Source of the DNA: Octopus sinensis
Lineage: Eukaryota
Direction: 5' to 3'
Length of the DNA stretch: 64,000 nt
Assembly (NCBI RefSeq): GCF_006345805.1
Contig: NC_043005.1
Coordinates: 42,098,001 to 42,162,000, forward strand
Below the pieces are notes generated by a model. The model did not search any database and had not been told where the DNA came from. It worked only from the letters and a program-made list of their open reading frames with translations. The stretch's first letter is position 1; every line of letters begins with the position of its first letter. This document shows, one piece after another, positions 1 to 13,481 of the stretch. The position numbers and the translations under genes are program-made.

Positions 1-221
1 ATATAATAGCGAAAAAATGCATTAAAATGGAAAAAAAATTATGGTAATTTTTTTTAAAATCGTAGACTCTTCGTAGACGCGCGCTAATACCCAGAAGGGC
101 TCGATATGAATCACGACTATAAGATACCCGGTTTTGGTTAAACTGCACCGCAAAATGTGGGAGTAGTTAGGAATCTAAATCGTAGGAGACAGACACACAA
201 CCTCTCTTTTATATATAAAGA
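1..221 (-). mobile_element. Non-autonomous Helitron, 5' part (cut by window start); same family as 7285-7680
   Basis: Closely matches 7460-7680. On the minus strand it begins A|TCTTTATATATAAAAG, the Helitron 5'-TC end. Confidence 0.8.
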
Positions 222-767
222 TATGAATATATATTTATATATGTGTGTGTATAAATATCATCCTGCAGGGTGCCCAAATCGCCCTCTTCACAAAGCTAGT
301 TTCATGGGGTTGCCGGTTTAGTCGGCGACGACCCGACTGTGCGACAGATTGTGCTGGGTTACATGTTACTAGTAGCACTCGAGATTGATCTGACGTAAAC
401 ATGTCAAACGGCGGAGCAACTTGTAAGAGAGTCGATGGCCTTCCAATAGTCTGTATGTAGAGAAGTTAACCTCGATGCTAATAAAATCAGCGAGTCAAGG
501 ACGCGAAGTTATAGTGAAGAAAAGTTGGGCGTGTTGTTATTCATTCTATATATGATCTTCATTTGGCAAAACAACACGACGCATTCTGGGAGGAAGAGCC
601 ATTTCAGGCATCGGTCAGTCTAGGCCCAAATAATCCAGTTAGCGGATTACTGCTAGTTTGATAGAACTGGCAAATCAAATCATTCTAGTTACATTCAAAC
701 ACTGTAGAGTTCCGAAATCCCATAGTGTCACCAATTGAAGACTGGGTGAGTAGTATTAGTAGGTTTG

Positions 768-818
<51 letters not shown>

Positions 819-828
819 TACATATATG

Positions 829-859
<31 letters not shown>

Positions 860-2010
860 TTGTATGTGGGGGTGGAGGTGTACACATTGGGTGTTGAGGT
901 GTTGACACATGAAAGACAGACAGACAGATAGCAAAAGAGAGCCGGACAGACAATCAATAGCTGAGAGACGTATACAAAATGTATGTCAGTGTATGTTTTT
1001 CTATAACCACGTCTAACTAAAATCTTATCGCGGCCTCCACATATATATCATTAACGTGATAAAGAAGTGTTCTCGTTGCCAAATCTAAAATGGAAATGTC
1101 GTAAAAATTCTGCTGCGTAATTTCTTAAGTTGCAGTTCTAGAAGTTCCTTCAGTTAAGAAACTAACCGAAATCTTGCTGACGTATATATGACAACTTGTC
1201 ACCGTGAAATCCGAAACAAATGAATATAGATGTCACCTCAAATCAAATAACAATTTTTCCCCCAATAGATATTTAAACAATAAATAAATATATCTATGAA
1301 TCAAATTATGTCGGTTTCCTTAGACAATGACCGCCATTTGTGGATTTGATATGTTTTTAATTTCAAGCGTGGGATTCTAGTATCGACAGCAGATTACAAC
1401 TAGATTGTATTTACAGGGGATTATCCTTATTTTATGGCTTCTTTCTTTAAGCAAGAAAACGTTAATACACCACAGGCATCACACACACTCAAACACAAAC
1501 TAACACACACGCACAAACACACACGCACAGACACACACAGACACATGTACACGCAACCATATGTGTATACAGCATGTTTGAATACAGAAACATAAAACTT
1601 GCACTGCGAAATATGCCCTTCATCAGCTTGAAACTAGAGATCCCAATGTTTTCGACATGTTCGAAGATACTACTCTTTCCATCGTCATAAAATAGTATTG
1701 TTGGTACAAAGGGTTGTCTATATCTTTGTTTTTCACATATAGTATCACATTTTTATTTCTGTTATTTATACAACTACTACACTCTGTCGGATGCATATGT
1801 AACTGATTCAACTATGCAGTCATTATTTAGTCTTAAAATTGAGCAAGAATTTGATGTTCACAGTCGACTTTGATGTTTATTTTCCATGCATCTGTCATGA
1901 TGAATGATGTGGTCAATTTGTTCGACTAAAACCCCTGAGGTGGTGCTCCAGCATGACTGCAGTCAAATGGCTAAAACAAGTAAAAGAATCTGTGTGTGTG
2001 TGTGTGTATA

Positions 2011-2600
2011 CAGAGTATGCAGGCTAAATTTGACGATTTTTATATATCCGTTTTTAAGGTGTAGCTTCATGCATTTCTGAACAGTCAACGCCGTTGGAGG
2101 GAGAAAAGATTAAATTTGCAATCGAGAAAATGTTAGCTGACATGGTAGACTGCAAATTGTTTGAATATTGGAAAAGAGTTACTTGTATCAAGATGATCCG
2201 CAACGGATATCATAAACGCTGACATCTTGACTGCTGCTCAATGCTCTGTGAACGCTGTAAAGGCTGTAAGGCATTACATGGACGTAATAAAAACCAACTT
2301 CCCCCAAGCTATGATGACATTTGAGTATGTCTCTAATGAGAGTCTTAGGCTCAATTCAGACGGCTATGTGAAATTGCGAGAGACTGTAGTTAAACCCTGG
2401 ATGGAGACGGTTTCTGATGGAAGGCCATATACGTGGCATCAGAATCCTGTTCCTTGTCATATCTCTGAAAAGAGACAGAAGTAATTGTAGGAGAATTTCT
2501 GGCGTCCTAATTCCCCCGACTACCTACCACGACTGTAATGCCATGGATTACTGTGTATGGGGCACCATTAACAAAGTCACCTACAACACCAAGGTTTCAA
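2011..2600 (+). mobile_element. Degraded Tc1/mariner DD37D (maT-type) transposon fragment
   Basis: Starts TA|CAGAGTATGCAGGC. Translation FPQAMMTFEYVSNESLRLNSDGYVKLRETVVKPWMETVSDGRPYTWHQN...WRPNSPD...MDYCVWG matches the maT catalytic domain; has stops and deletions. Confidence 0.75.
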
Positions 2601-3625
2601 ATATTTATATGCCTCCTTTGAGATTGGATACAGTTTCTTACCATGTTGGTGTTGTCTTGTCAGTTGTATCATCCAGCCAGTGATACTTTGGACGTACATT
2701 TGGTATCCAGTTTCAAACAGAAGCTGCTTCAGTACATAGTCATTTGTTCTGACCTTATAGTGATTTAATATGTTGTTCTGAATCTTTGGTAGTTGATCTC
2801 TCTCATTCGTTTCTAAATGTTTAGAAATGCCTAACTCTCACAGGATCCTGGATTTTGCCTCACATATTTCCTCTTTATTGGTTTCAGCAAATGCGTGATG
2901 CATTGCAGCTTCAGGTCCACTCCTACTTTCTCTTATCTCAGTTTTAGCTTGACTATTCCCTACGCCAGAATTATGTTCAGAAGCATCTCTGTCAATAGGA
3001 TGAATAATGTTTTCCTGTTCATCATTCCCAGTAATTGCATCGTGTGCTTCACTTCTATTTTCTGCATGATAATAATTTTTTTTATTGTATCATATTCTGC
3101 GAGTGTTAGACAATTGTTATGCATGACGTCTCTGCATGCGTTGGCTGGATTGTTTTGCACCAATATAATCACAGATCTTGTCCCCTATCATTCCTTTCCA
3201 GATATTGAAACACAACTCAGTTTTATTAAAAATCTGACAGGCTCTGTGCTGTGTAGAATGCTGTCATGACTAGGTCGTACTCCTTTCCCGCCCATCTGTT
3301 TTTAGTGGTTATTTTGACGTTTGCTTTATTTGGGGTTTGTCTTAAGGTGTCAGGGTTGATTTCTCTCATGATAATTTGCAGGGGAGTTTGTTCCACCTGA
3401 CAAGTTTTCGACCTCAAGTTGGTTCCTGCCTGAAAGATGCGACTCCTCACCACCAGCGTGACGGACAATGCGGTATAATTTATTTCTAGTCCGTATTTTA
3501 TATGAAGAATCCATTTGAGCCTTACTGGAAATAAGTAATTTTCGTCATTACACTAAACAGATTCAAGGGTGGGGGTGCAGGTTCTGTCCTTTTTCATTCA
3601 GGTGGGTTGTTCTGCGCTGGTCACT
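2594..3625 (-). mobile_element. R4/Dong-clade non-LTR retrotransposon, 5' region and ORF N-terminus, decayed
   Basis: TTKNRWAGKEYDLVMTAFYTA and NNPANACRDVMHNNCLTLAEYDTIKK resemble the N-terminal block (W..E...VM..YY...NKLAN.RR.I) of Dong-type ORFs. Homologous blocks occur at ~12500 and ~12750. Confidence 0.55.
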
Positions 3626-3639
3626 GACCAATTAGAAAT

Positions 3640-3973
3640 TGATAGAAACTGATAGAAATTGTTTCTGTTTTCAGGTTCCACATTCTAGTTACCTCTATTT
3701 CCAGGTCTTTGTATTTTGAGAGTTTCTCCATTTCTTTTAGAGACACGTTGTCATCTGCCGGTATTGATACATCAATTAGAAAGCATTTTTTTTCTTCATG
3801 ATCTCTGACAACTATATCTGGTCTGTTGGCCTTAATTTCTCCATCTGTGTGTATCGGCATATCCCAGAGTATGGTTGCTTTCTCGTTTTCTGTGACCTTT
3901 TCTGGTGTGTGCCTATACCATCTTTTTTCTGTTGTTATTCCATAATGTTGGCATAGCTTCCAATGTATGTAGG

Positions 3974-3974
<1 letters not shown>
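3640..3974 (-). mobile_element. R4/Dong-clade retrotransposon, restriction-like endonuclease (RLE) fragment
   Basis: TYIHWKLCQHYGITTEKRWYRHTPEKVTENEKATILWDMPIHTDGEIKANRPDIVVRDHEEKKCFLIDVSIP...EKLSKYKDLEIE is the RLE motif (PD..D, K..KY..L). It abuts the (TAA)n array that Dong elements target. Confidence 0.9.
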
Positions 3975-4059
<85 letters not shown>

Positions 4060-4072
4060 TACTATTATTATT

Positions 4073-4107
<35 letters not shown>

Positions 4108-4142
4108 TATTATTATTATTATTATCATTATTATTATTATCA

Positions 4143-4177
<35 letters not shown>

Positions 4178-4222
4178 GTTATTATTGTTATTATTATTAT
4201 TGTTATTATTATTATTATTATT

Positions 4223-4262
<40 letters not shown>

Positions 4263-4263
4263 C
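3975..4263. repeat. Compound trinucleotide microsatellite (TTA)n/(TCA)n/(TTG)n/(TAG)n
   Basis: Directly visible; period-3 register is kept across motif switches. Confidence 0.97.
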
Positions 4264-4860
4264 AGAGCTGGTGCAAATACTACTCTTGTTTAATATTGTT
4301 GGATTATTGGAAGTTGCTTTGATAATAGGCAATGTTTGAAATATGAGGAGCAAATTCTCAGGAGGAAAATGTGTATATTGGTGTATGTGTGTACGAGCAT
4401 GTGTGTTTATGCACGCATTTATGTACGTGTGTGTGTGTGTCTGTGTATGTGTGTCTGTATTTATGAGTGTCAACGAAATGCTATTTCGAATTTGGTGAAT
4501 AACAACGACACGCAACACAAAAAACTGCCCTTGCAAAAACTTGAACAGGATCACCGAATTGAAAAATAGCAAACGCAATGAGGCAAAAGTTCAAATGAAG
4601 CAATAAGTTGAGTTTTTTGAAATTTATTCACTTCAATAGACGTCGTCCAGTTTTATGATGCCATATGGCATCAATGTTCATCAAAACAGATGCAGTGCAA
4701 AAAGATCGCATCTACATATAACTGGTGGGCTGGCTGATTAGCGTATCAAATGTATCATACTAGTTACATACAAGATTGTCTAAGGCTTTCTACTCCACAA
4801 CCATTTCTATGTTGGTTCCACAATCATTTATATGATGTCAATATGTCGTTTAATATTCAG

Positions 4861-4863
<3 letters not shown>

Positions 4864-4922
<59 letters not shown>

Positions 4923-4962
4923 ATATGATATATATATATGTATATATATATGTAATATATAT

Positions 4963-5020
<58 letters not shown>

Positions 5021-5136
5021 GAATGTATGTGTGCGTTTGCACGTAATCTATATGCTCTCATGTAACTAAATATACACAAACATCTATATAACTATATGTA
5101 TATATATATGTATATGTATACATATGTGTATATATA

Positions 5137-5188
<52 letters not shown>

Positions 5189-5190
5189 TG
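4864..5190. repeat. Interrupted (TA)n microsatellite block
   Basis: Directly visible. Confidence 0.95.
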
Positions 5191-5999
5191 TGTATGTATA
5201 CAACACACACACAAATATATATTTATATACACGCACACACACGCATATATATCTATATAATATACTTCCATTTAAATGCAGTCATATACTCACATTTTAG
5301 CCTATAACATCACACACATACACAGAGACGTACCCCCACACATACACACACATATGCAGTCATTCACGTACACTATGTTAATAATATTTACGAACGCTCG
5401 GCAAAATCACAGCAGGATAATGAAAAAGTGAAAATAAGTTTAATGGCCAACAGAATGTGCTAAAGTCAGCTAGATCACGTTTCCCAAAAGTACACTTTTG
5501 CTTTCATAACTGACATATCTAATCAAATGCCAAGAAATTCTGTAAAAATGTCAAAATGAAAAAAAAATCTATAAATAAAAAAAAAACAGGAATATTAACT
5601 AAAACATACAAAGTTAATAAATCTGACTATTACTGGGAAAGAACAATAATGCTCTGATATATCTTCTCCTTCAAAACCATGCTATATATAAAGTGCAGTT
5701 TTAAATATCTTAGTCAATGGAGTTGAGTGTGAAACTTAACGAAATCAAGTATCATGTAAAGTCGTCCTAGAAAGCATATGCAATTACTCATCTTAGAACG
5801 TCTACGCTGAAAACTTTACGCCACTGCTATTTTACAAAATATTTTTGGTAAAATATTTTAACATCATAATATTTTAGTTCAACAATTATTACATTTCATA
5901 ATTACTTTTCTATTAAGCACATTGAGCAAAATATATTTTAAAATCTCCATATTTCATTCCTTACAACTTTTGCACAGAATTACGTGCGAACATCTTTTC

Positions 6000-7180
6000 T
6001 CTATGAACTGCTATTATATTTCATTGCTATATATTGCATCATTTTAGTAAAGCTTTTCGTGTTGATCCGTTTATATGTCTTGGGAGTACCATCTATAAAA
6101 ACTCAATACATTCAATACATGGTGAAATACTTCGCTTCATAATGAAGTTCATATTTTGAAGACACATGGTAACTTTGCTGTATTAACGATACTCCGAAGC
6201 AATGTAGGCGTTCTAATAATTTACATGATAAGCTACATAAAGTGAACCAACAACATCAAGAAATATAGTCATCAACTAGAATACCTGGGGCTAAAAGAAA
6301 TATGGTCCTATGTTGAAGGGATAAAGAAAGCGCGTTTCACCTGTCTATGCCGACAATAATTTATATAATGTAATCTAATATCTTGAAACGTATCTTCAAA
6401 TGGCAGCAAGTATACATCGAGAGATACAATTTAAAGCTCCGTTGAAATGATAGAAGATATATAGTATAGTTAGTGCTTTAAATCTACAAGTTATATAAGA
6501 CGAAAATTGCTAACATGGCGCTCTTTCCAACTGCACAAAAGGAATAATTTCATCTATATCCAAATGTATATTTTCTTGGATGAATCACGATACTCACTCT
6601 CACAGGCATCTATCGACTATCAAACACAGAAATCGACCAAGATTTCTTATACTAAACTAAAATATTTTATATTTATGACACGAAATCCAGACAACTTACA
6701 TATCTAGACTTTTACATTATATTTCATTAAGTTAGCAACTGCATGTTTCGAATGTGCAGTATATTCTTCATCTATGTATGTGGAAACAGGATATATCCAG
6801 AACAATTGTTCTGAAGATCTCACTGATCGACTACTTGCTAACAATAACTCAAAACATCCACAGCTTAGCCGTTCCAAAAACTTGCAATATAGGATTATGA
6901 CACTCCGATTGAACTTGGTGCCGGTAATAGACTCAAAGATTCAGAATATAACACTGATATGGTTTGGAAAATCTCCACACCTAAATACGCAGGGAAAACC
7001 TTTGCGTCAATGCCAATTCAAAACCTTTTAAAAGCAAGGGATATCGACTATTTCAGTTCAGAAGAAAGACAACGGGTAAAAATTAATTTCTACATTCTTG
7101 AAAAGGCTCGTGTAAAAACGTATACAAATTATGTAAATACTAATGTAAAACTAAACAAAATTATATATCCATATGTAGTT
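6000..7180 (+). mobile_element. Possible heavily decayed CR1/Jockey-like LINE RT fragment
   Basis: CCTGTCTATGCCGACAATAATTTA reads PVYADNNL (YADD-like, ~6341). Downstream patches loosely resemble CR1 thumb motifs; many stops. Confidence 0.3.
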
Positions 7181-7284
7181 CGCTAACATCTAACTGTGTT
7201 CATGATCCTTAAAAGGCGTTTATAAGTTGGGACGCCATGCATAGTTATCAGTGAAACTACATCAAATAACGCAATTATATCTTA

Positions 7285-7680
7285 CTAGCAGTATCGCCCG
7301 GCGTTGCTCGGGTTTGTAAGGGAAATAACTATATAAGCATTTTTAGAGATGTAAAGTATAATAGCCATCTCAATATGGCTAACCACAAAGGGGGGGTGTT
7401 ACTGTAGCTTTTTACGTTCTGAGATTTAATAATACATTTTTAGAGAGTTTCTTCCCTTATATATGCCAAAAATGCATCAAAAATGGGAAAAATTGATGGT
7501 AAATTTTTGGAAAAATCGTAGATTCATCGTAGACGCGCGCTAATACCCAGAAGGGCTCGATATGAATCACGACTATAAGATACCTGGTTTTGGTTAAACT
7601 GCAACGCAAAATGTGGGAGTAGTTAGGAATCTAAATCGTAGGAGACAGACAGCACACAACCTTACTTTTATATATAAAGA
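7285..7680 (-). mobile_element. Complete non-autonomous Helitron (~396 bp)
   Basis: Minus strand: A|TCTTTATATATAAAAG at the 5' end, subterminal hairpin CCCGAGCAACGCCGGG, 3' end CTAG|T. Inserted between A and T with no TSD. A second copy lies at 1-221. Confidence 0.9.
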
Positions 7681-8916
7681 TTTCAGAACAGAGAATTACA
7701 GATAATTAAATGCAAAAAAACAGAGTTTCCCTCAAATACAATTTTTGAAATGTATGAACATGTATTTCGTTTGAATGGTTACTCTAGGCATTGATAATCA
7801 GCAGCGAACTGACTAACTATCATTTTGTGAGCACATTGTGTTGTTCTCTAGACATATTGAAAAAGAACTCATGTGTATGACGATTACATATCCACATGCA
7901 TCTCACAATTTTACACGTTATTTATTGCCCATCTCAAGCCTGCTTAACTTTAAACCGAAACATTGATATGAAAATTAGAAAATCGACATTGCCCAATTCT
8001 AGAGAGGAGAGAAATTGTTCTTGTCTATCAAGTTGTATCAAAACAATTTCAAATTTATTTTATTTCTATTCTTCATGGGGAGTTATGCCATCTTGTATAT
8101 TTTGAGAAATGAAAACATTGAAGCAAACTAAATTCACAGATCCATATGGTGAGTGGTTAAGAATTTTGCTTTGCAAAAATGTTTACAAGGTTTCGTTCCC
8201 AGCACATACCAGTTCATGTTATCTTGGAAAAGTGACTTCTATTAATTTCAAGTTTTTTTTCAATAAGTTGTGAGTGGAATGCAGATGACAGAAACTGCGG
8301 AAAACTGATGGATGACTGTTGTTAAACGACAGAATATGTATTTAATATCTCTGATGGAAGAATTTAATAGTTTATGTAAAAATCTATACTTCACTCTCTA
8401 CATAAAATAGGAGTATTCGCTGCAAGATTTTGTCAGAGAGAAAATATTTTCTGTTTGTAGATTTTGTGTGCAAAGTTAGATCGACCTGAGCTCTATATAA
8501 CGTCACTGGACTACCAGACACGGTGTTTCGACGTGATTTCGCCATTTAGCAGATTCCACTTCGGTAAATTTGGTTAGAGCTAAACACGAATATTTTCGTT
8601 GTGTATAGAAAACAGTACATAATGCATTTGTTTGTGTTTTCTGAGACTTACTGAGGTGGAATTATTTTAAAGTATGCACGTGAAGCTGCGAGCATGTTGG
8701 AAATAAATGTGTGTTTCTCTCTCCATTTTTCTTTTCATTCTCTCACCGTTCTTTATGTCTCAATCCTTTTTGTCGAAGAGCGTAGGATCAAGACGTCAAA
8801 GACTTTTCCATTCTCCCCGAGTGTTAAAGTAATACACCTGCATGTTGTTCCTTCACCTGTCTTCGTGTTTTGTTTTCTGTAAATTTGAACTACACACACA
8901 CACACACACACACACG

Positions 8917-8950
<34 letters not shown>

Positions 8951-9061
8951 TTATATTAAATTAGAGACAAAACCACTATTAGGCAAATCAAACAATGAAA
9001 AACTTAAGCCAATACATAAGATTATTTAATTTATATTATTTAAATATATAACAAAATTATT

Positions 9062-9083
9062 ATGTATATATATATATATATAT

Positions 9084-9174
<91 letters not shown>

Positions 9175-9200
9175 TAGATAGATAGATACATACATACATA
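9062..9200. repeat. (TA)n/(GATA)n microsatellite
   Basis: Directly visible. Confidence 0.95.
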
Positions 9201-9296
9201 CATAATATATGCATACATATATACACGTATGTATATACTGGCACACACAACTACAAATAAGCTTTGTCTGTTTTGTTTTTGCTTTATTCGAAACGC

Positions 9297-12200
9297 GTTA
9301 TTATTATTATTTCACATACGCACAACAGATTAAGCTGTTGGAAAAGAAAAATACCGAACATGGAGCTACAACAAGTAACCTTAGATGTTAAGAATCTTCT
9401 AAAGTATCCTAGCTGTCCCTAATAACACTGCTTTCTGGAGCTGTACTAAACTAGGTTTTATGCTTATTTTATCTATGCGTATTTTCAAATATTTAGGGAT
9501 AGTCCCCAGTGCATTTAAAACTACAGGGATGCATTTTACCCGCACTTTGTATACTCTCTGTAACTCTGTGGCTAGGCCCTGGTATTTTGCTGTTTTATCT
9601 ATACCTCTGGTATTGACTTTCTTGTCATTTGGGATTGTAAAATCAATTATTTGGCACTTTTTATTGTCTTTGTCTACTACTACTAAATCAGGCCTTGTAG
9701 CTTCTATTACACTGTCCGTCTGAATGTTAAAGTCCCACAACATCTTATATTTCTTACTTTCTAGTACTTTACTAAGTTTCATGTTCATACCATTTATCAT
9801 TATGTTCAAATCCCAGCTTTCAACATAACTCCCAGTGAATTACACTCCCTAGGTTGCTATGTATTTCCTTGTATTCTTTCTGTGTCAGCATGCTACATTT
9901 ACTTATATGAGTAGCACTTTCCTCTTTTGATTTACATAACCTATATTGGGAATCTACTTGGTCTTAGCTTTTTATCTAATTAGTCCCCAATGCTTGATCT
10001 TGTGCTGTTGCTAACAAACTTCCTGTCTCCTTTTTCAACCTTCTTTCTGCAAACATAACCATGTCTCACTACCACTATTTCTGCAATTATCTTTCGGAAT
10101 ATGTCATGCAAAGTCTTCACATACCAGTTAGATTTTTAACTCTACTTGGCTTGTTTGTTTCCCAGTGTCATAAGCTGGCCCTAGCTGCTCTTAATAAAAC
10201 TTCCTTTACTAGTACCTCTATTAACTTTGTCAACTGTAACTATCTCCACGCAGTCTTCTACTAATATTAACCCACTTCTATCTTCCATTCTGGATAAGTA
10301 TAATCTTGCTACTCTTGCTCTTGGATGAAGTCCTCCATTCATATTGAATTCCTTCCTAGCTCTTGTGTCTAGTTTTGCTAATTCAGTTTCTGTACAATCT
10401 ACAAAAGCTGCTGAGTATTTAAGTAATGATACTGCCCAAGTATTTACAGCCTTCACGAGTTTCGGGCAATTAAACTTTGACTTCATTAGCTTTCTCAACC
10501 TTCTGATGTACTCCTCAATTTTCTTTTTCATTTCTCTAGTTAGTATTCTATCAGATTCTAAAACTCCCAAATATTTATAACTCTCTCCTTCTTCCAGTGA
10601 TTTTAAGGTCTGGCCATCTGGTAATTGGATGTCTTTGCTGTTGACTACCTGCCCCTTTTACATGACTAATCTATGCCAAATTCTTATCTACACCAAATTC
10701 CATGCCTACATCTTTGCTGGAGAGTCTTACAGTTTGTTTTAAGGAATCTATCTCTTTTTTCTATTCTTTCTAAAATCTTCAGATCATCCCTGTAGAGCAA
10801 ATGGTTAATTTTTCCCTTATTGTTTCTGAACTGATACCCTGCCTTTGCCTTCTTTAATACTAAACTGAGGGAGATTAAGAATAAGATAAATATAAAAGAG
10901 AACGAGTCTTCTTGGAAGATTCCTCATTTAATTTGCCTTAGACTATGTGACCTGAGTAGAGATTTACTTTCCATTTCCTCGTGCGAAAGATAATTAATTC
11001 TCTTATGTTGTTTTCAATACTGAATATACTCGAACATTCACTTATATATGACTGGGATCATGTCATACGCTTTCTTATAATCTATCCATGCGATTGTTAG
11101 ATTTTTCTTTCTATAATTTACTTAATTTAAAAATGCTTTCTCTATGTATAATAGATCATGTTTCCCTCTAGCCTCCTTCCTGCAACCATTCTGCTCTTCT
11201 GGTAGTAAATTGTGGTTGTCAAGTTGCTCGTAAATGCTTTCTGAAAGCATTCCTGTCAGCAGCTTCCACATTAATAGTAAGGAAGTGATTAATCTATAGT
11301 TGCTAGCTGTATTACTCTTCCTCTTATTTTTCATAATAAGTATTGTCACCCAATCTGATATTATACCTCCATTGAGAAAATCCTGAAATTGTTCCAACAG
11401 CCTCCCGTGTAAGCTACTAAATTTCTTTAAACAGTACCCTTGAACTAAATCTGTTCCTGGACCTCTCCAGTTCAGTATTTTTCCTAACACTTTACTCATT
11501 AATACACTAGTTAGTCTTAGATCTGGCAGCTTCTCACTCACTACTACCTTCCCCACTTTCTTTAACAATACTACATCTCCATTATGATTGACAGGTTTAT
11601 CCCAAATATTACTCCCGATCTTTCTAGTTCCTTCTGCACTAGGTTTCTCATCTTCAGTACTTTCTTCTTCACTATCTATTTGGTTATAAAATATCTTCTG
11701 GTATGTCTCTGTTAATCTATTCTGTTGATGCTAATCTATCCTTTTCTGATATCTAGAAAGCTTGCTTGCAACTGCCATGATACGCTGTTTCAACTCTTCC
11801 ATGACTGTCCCAAATCCTTTCTCTTTGATTAAGCACCTGTTCTCAAGAAATTAAAATCTTGTGCTTCCTAACTTGTTCAGTTTCCAGGCTTCTAGTCTAC
11901 TCAGATTTTGTCTTAATGTCTTCACCTTATTTTGTAATTTCCTTTTCCACATTTGCTCTTTTCTACTCTTTCTTTGAGAAATATATAACCTTCTAGTAAC
12001 TGCTACTCCCCCTGCTGCATAGATCAATGAGTTAGTGTCACCTATATTTTTCGTGTCTATCCTACTGATAACAGAATCTACTTTCCAAGTCTTATCTAGC
12101 AGCTTCCTTCTGTTGCTAACTTTTAATGCTGGCAATCATTTTCTTTCTTTTTTAAGCATTGTTTTCTGCAACTCTTCTGAAATTTTCTGATCTGCCTCAC

Positions 12201-12620
12201 TTAAATCGCTTAAGTTGCTCGTGCCAGTTGTCTCATCCCAGTTGTGCCCCTATTATTTTTTCCTTTAGGTTCTTTTTTGGTACGAACTGTATTTCTTAAG
12301 CTTTTGTTTAGCTTTTTGCTGCTTGGTCTTTCTTTTCCAATTCTCTTGTGATCTCTTCCACCACCTATTATGCCATCCACTCTCTTGGCCTGGTGTACAA
12401 GTCTCCGCTTAGTTACTTTAGACATACCATTCTATACTCAAAGTGTTAATAACCGTTTGCTATAAACACTTCTTTTAGGTTCCCTTTCTAAGTAGCAAAG
12501 TAGCACTGCATCCCTATCTTGTTTTCTTCGCTGGTCCACCTCCACTTCCTCACTCTATTATCTGCTGATACAGTCTTACGATAACAGCTGTGGTCAATCT
12601 ACATCTGTACTGAATCACCG
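9297..12620 (-). mobile_element. Near full-length, decayed R4/Dong-clade non-LTR retrotransposon (family A): N-term, RT, RLE, 3' UTR, (TAA)n tail
   Basis: Ordered motifs on the minus strand: RWTSEENKIGMQCYF; NWRGPGTDLVQGYCLKKF...SNYRLITSL...LLPEEQNGCR; YKYLGVLE...HPRARVARLYLSR; LWDFNIQTD...RPDLVVVD...IIDFTIP...LQKAVLLGTARIL*. Ends GTGAAATAATAATAATAA. Confidence 0.9.
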
Positions 12621-12639
12621 CCGAGCTAGAGACCTTTGC

Positions 12640-13310
12640 TATGGGGGTTTGTTCATTTTATTTGACATTTAATGTATAGGTTTATTCCTGTGTGTTTGGT
12701 GGGGTGCAAGTGTTGCATTGTAGTGTGCGTAAATCACTTCATTAAAGTCATGGCTATATGTTCATTGCTCTTTTTTGGCTTTGTTATTCGTTTGGAGAGT
12801 GACATTAAGAGATAGGTCCATTTTTAAAGAATTTACTTTTTGAAAAACTACCGCCTCTTAATGTATGTTATAGATTTTTTTCCCTGTGCGTGACATGGTG
12901 ATCTCTTATCAAGATAACCAGCGCATGAACTTGCAGGAGGAGACCAAATTAGAATTCTCTTCAGGTCAAGGAATCCATTCCACTTAAATAGCCCATGTAT
13001 AAAGAGTTATTTAAGGATGATGAACAAAAAACTCATGTTTTCATAGGTGAATTATCCAAACCCCAAAGAATTCCTCTCAGTACATGGTTATGATGCTCAC
13101 CCATTACTTTCAGAGCTGCACATATCATCAGCCACGAAAGGACATGTTCAAATGGTTAAGATCAAGCAAGTGACAAGCAAATCTGTGGTTCTGAGCAGAA
13201 TATTTGTTGTAGCCCATCTTTTACCCTAAGACAAAACAATATACATCATAACAACTCCAATCAGGTAAGATCAGAAGCCATGAGAGCCACTGCCTGGTAC
13301 TGCATCAGGG
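12640..13310 (-). mobile_element. R4/Dong-clade family B: 5' UTR plus start of ORF
   Basis: 5' end CCCTGATGCAGTACCAGGCAGTGG at 13310. ATG at 12896-12894 is in frame (through stops) with KKEQ*TYSHDFNEVIYAHYNATLAP, homologous to the Dong N-terminal W..E...VM.AYY.A block. Confidence 0.65.
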
Positions 13311-13432
13311 TTTTATTGTGCAGAATATTTGCTGTAGCTCGTCTTTTATACCAAGACACAACAATGCACACTTCGAATCAATTAAGATCAAAAGCCATGA
13401 GAGTCACTACATTATTACTATTATTATTATTA

Positions 13433-13480
<48 letters not shown>

Positions 13481-13481
<1 letters not shown>

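Noticed and set aside
4656-4673. Perfect 18-bp palindrome TGATGCCATATGGCATCA
   Set aside because: Isolated, with no TSD, partner or context supporting a function.
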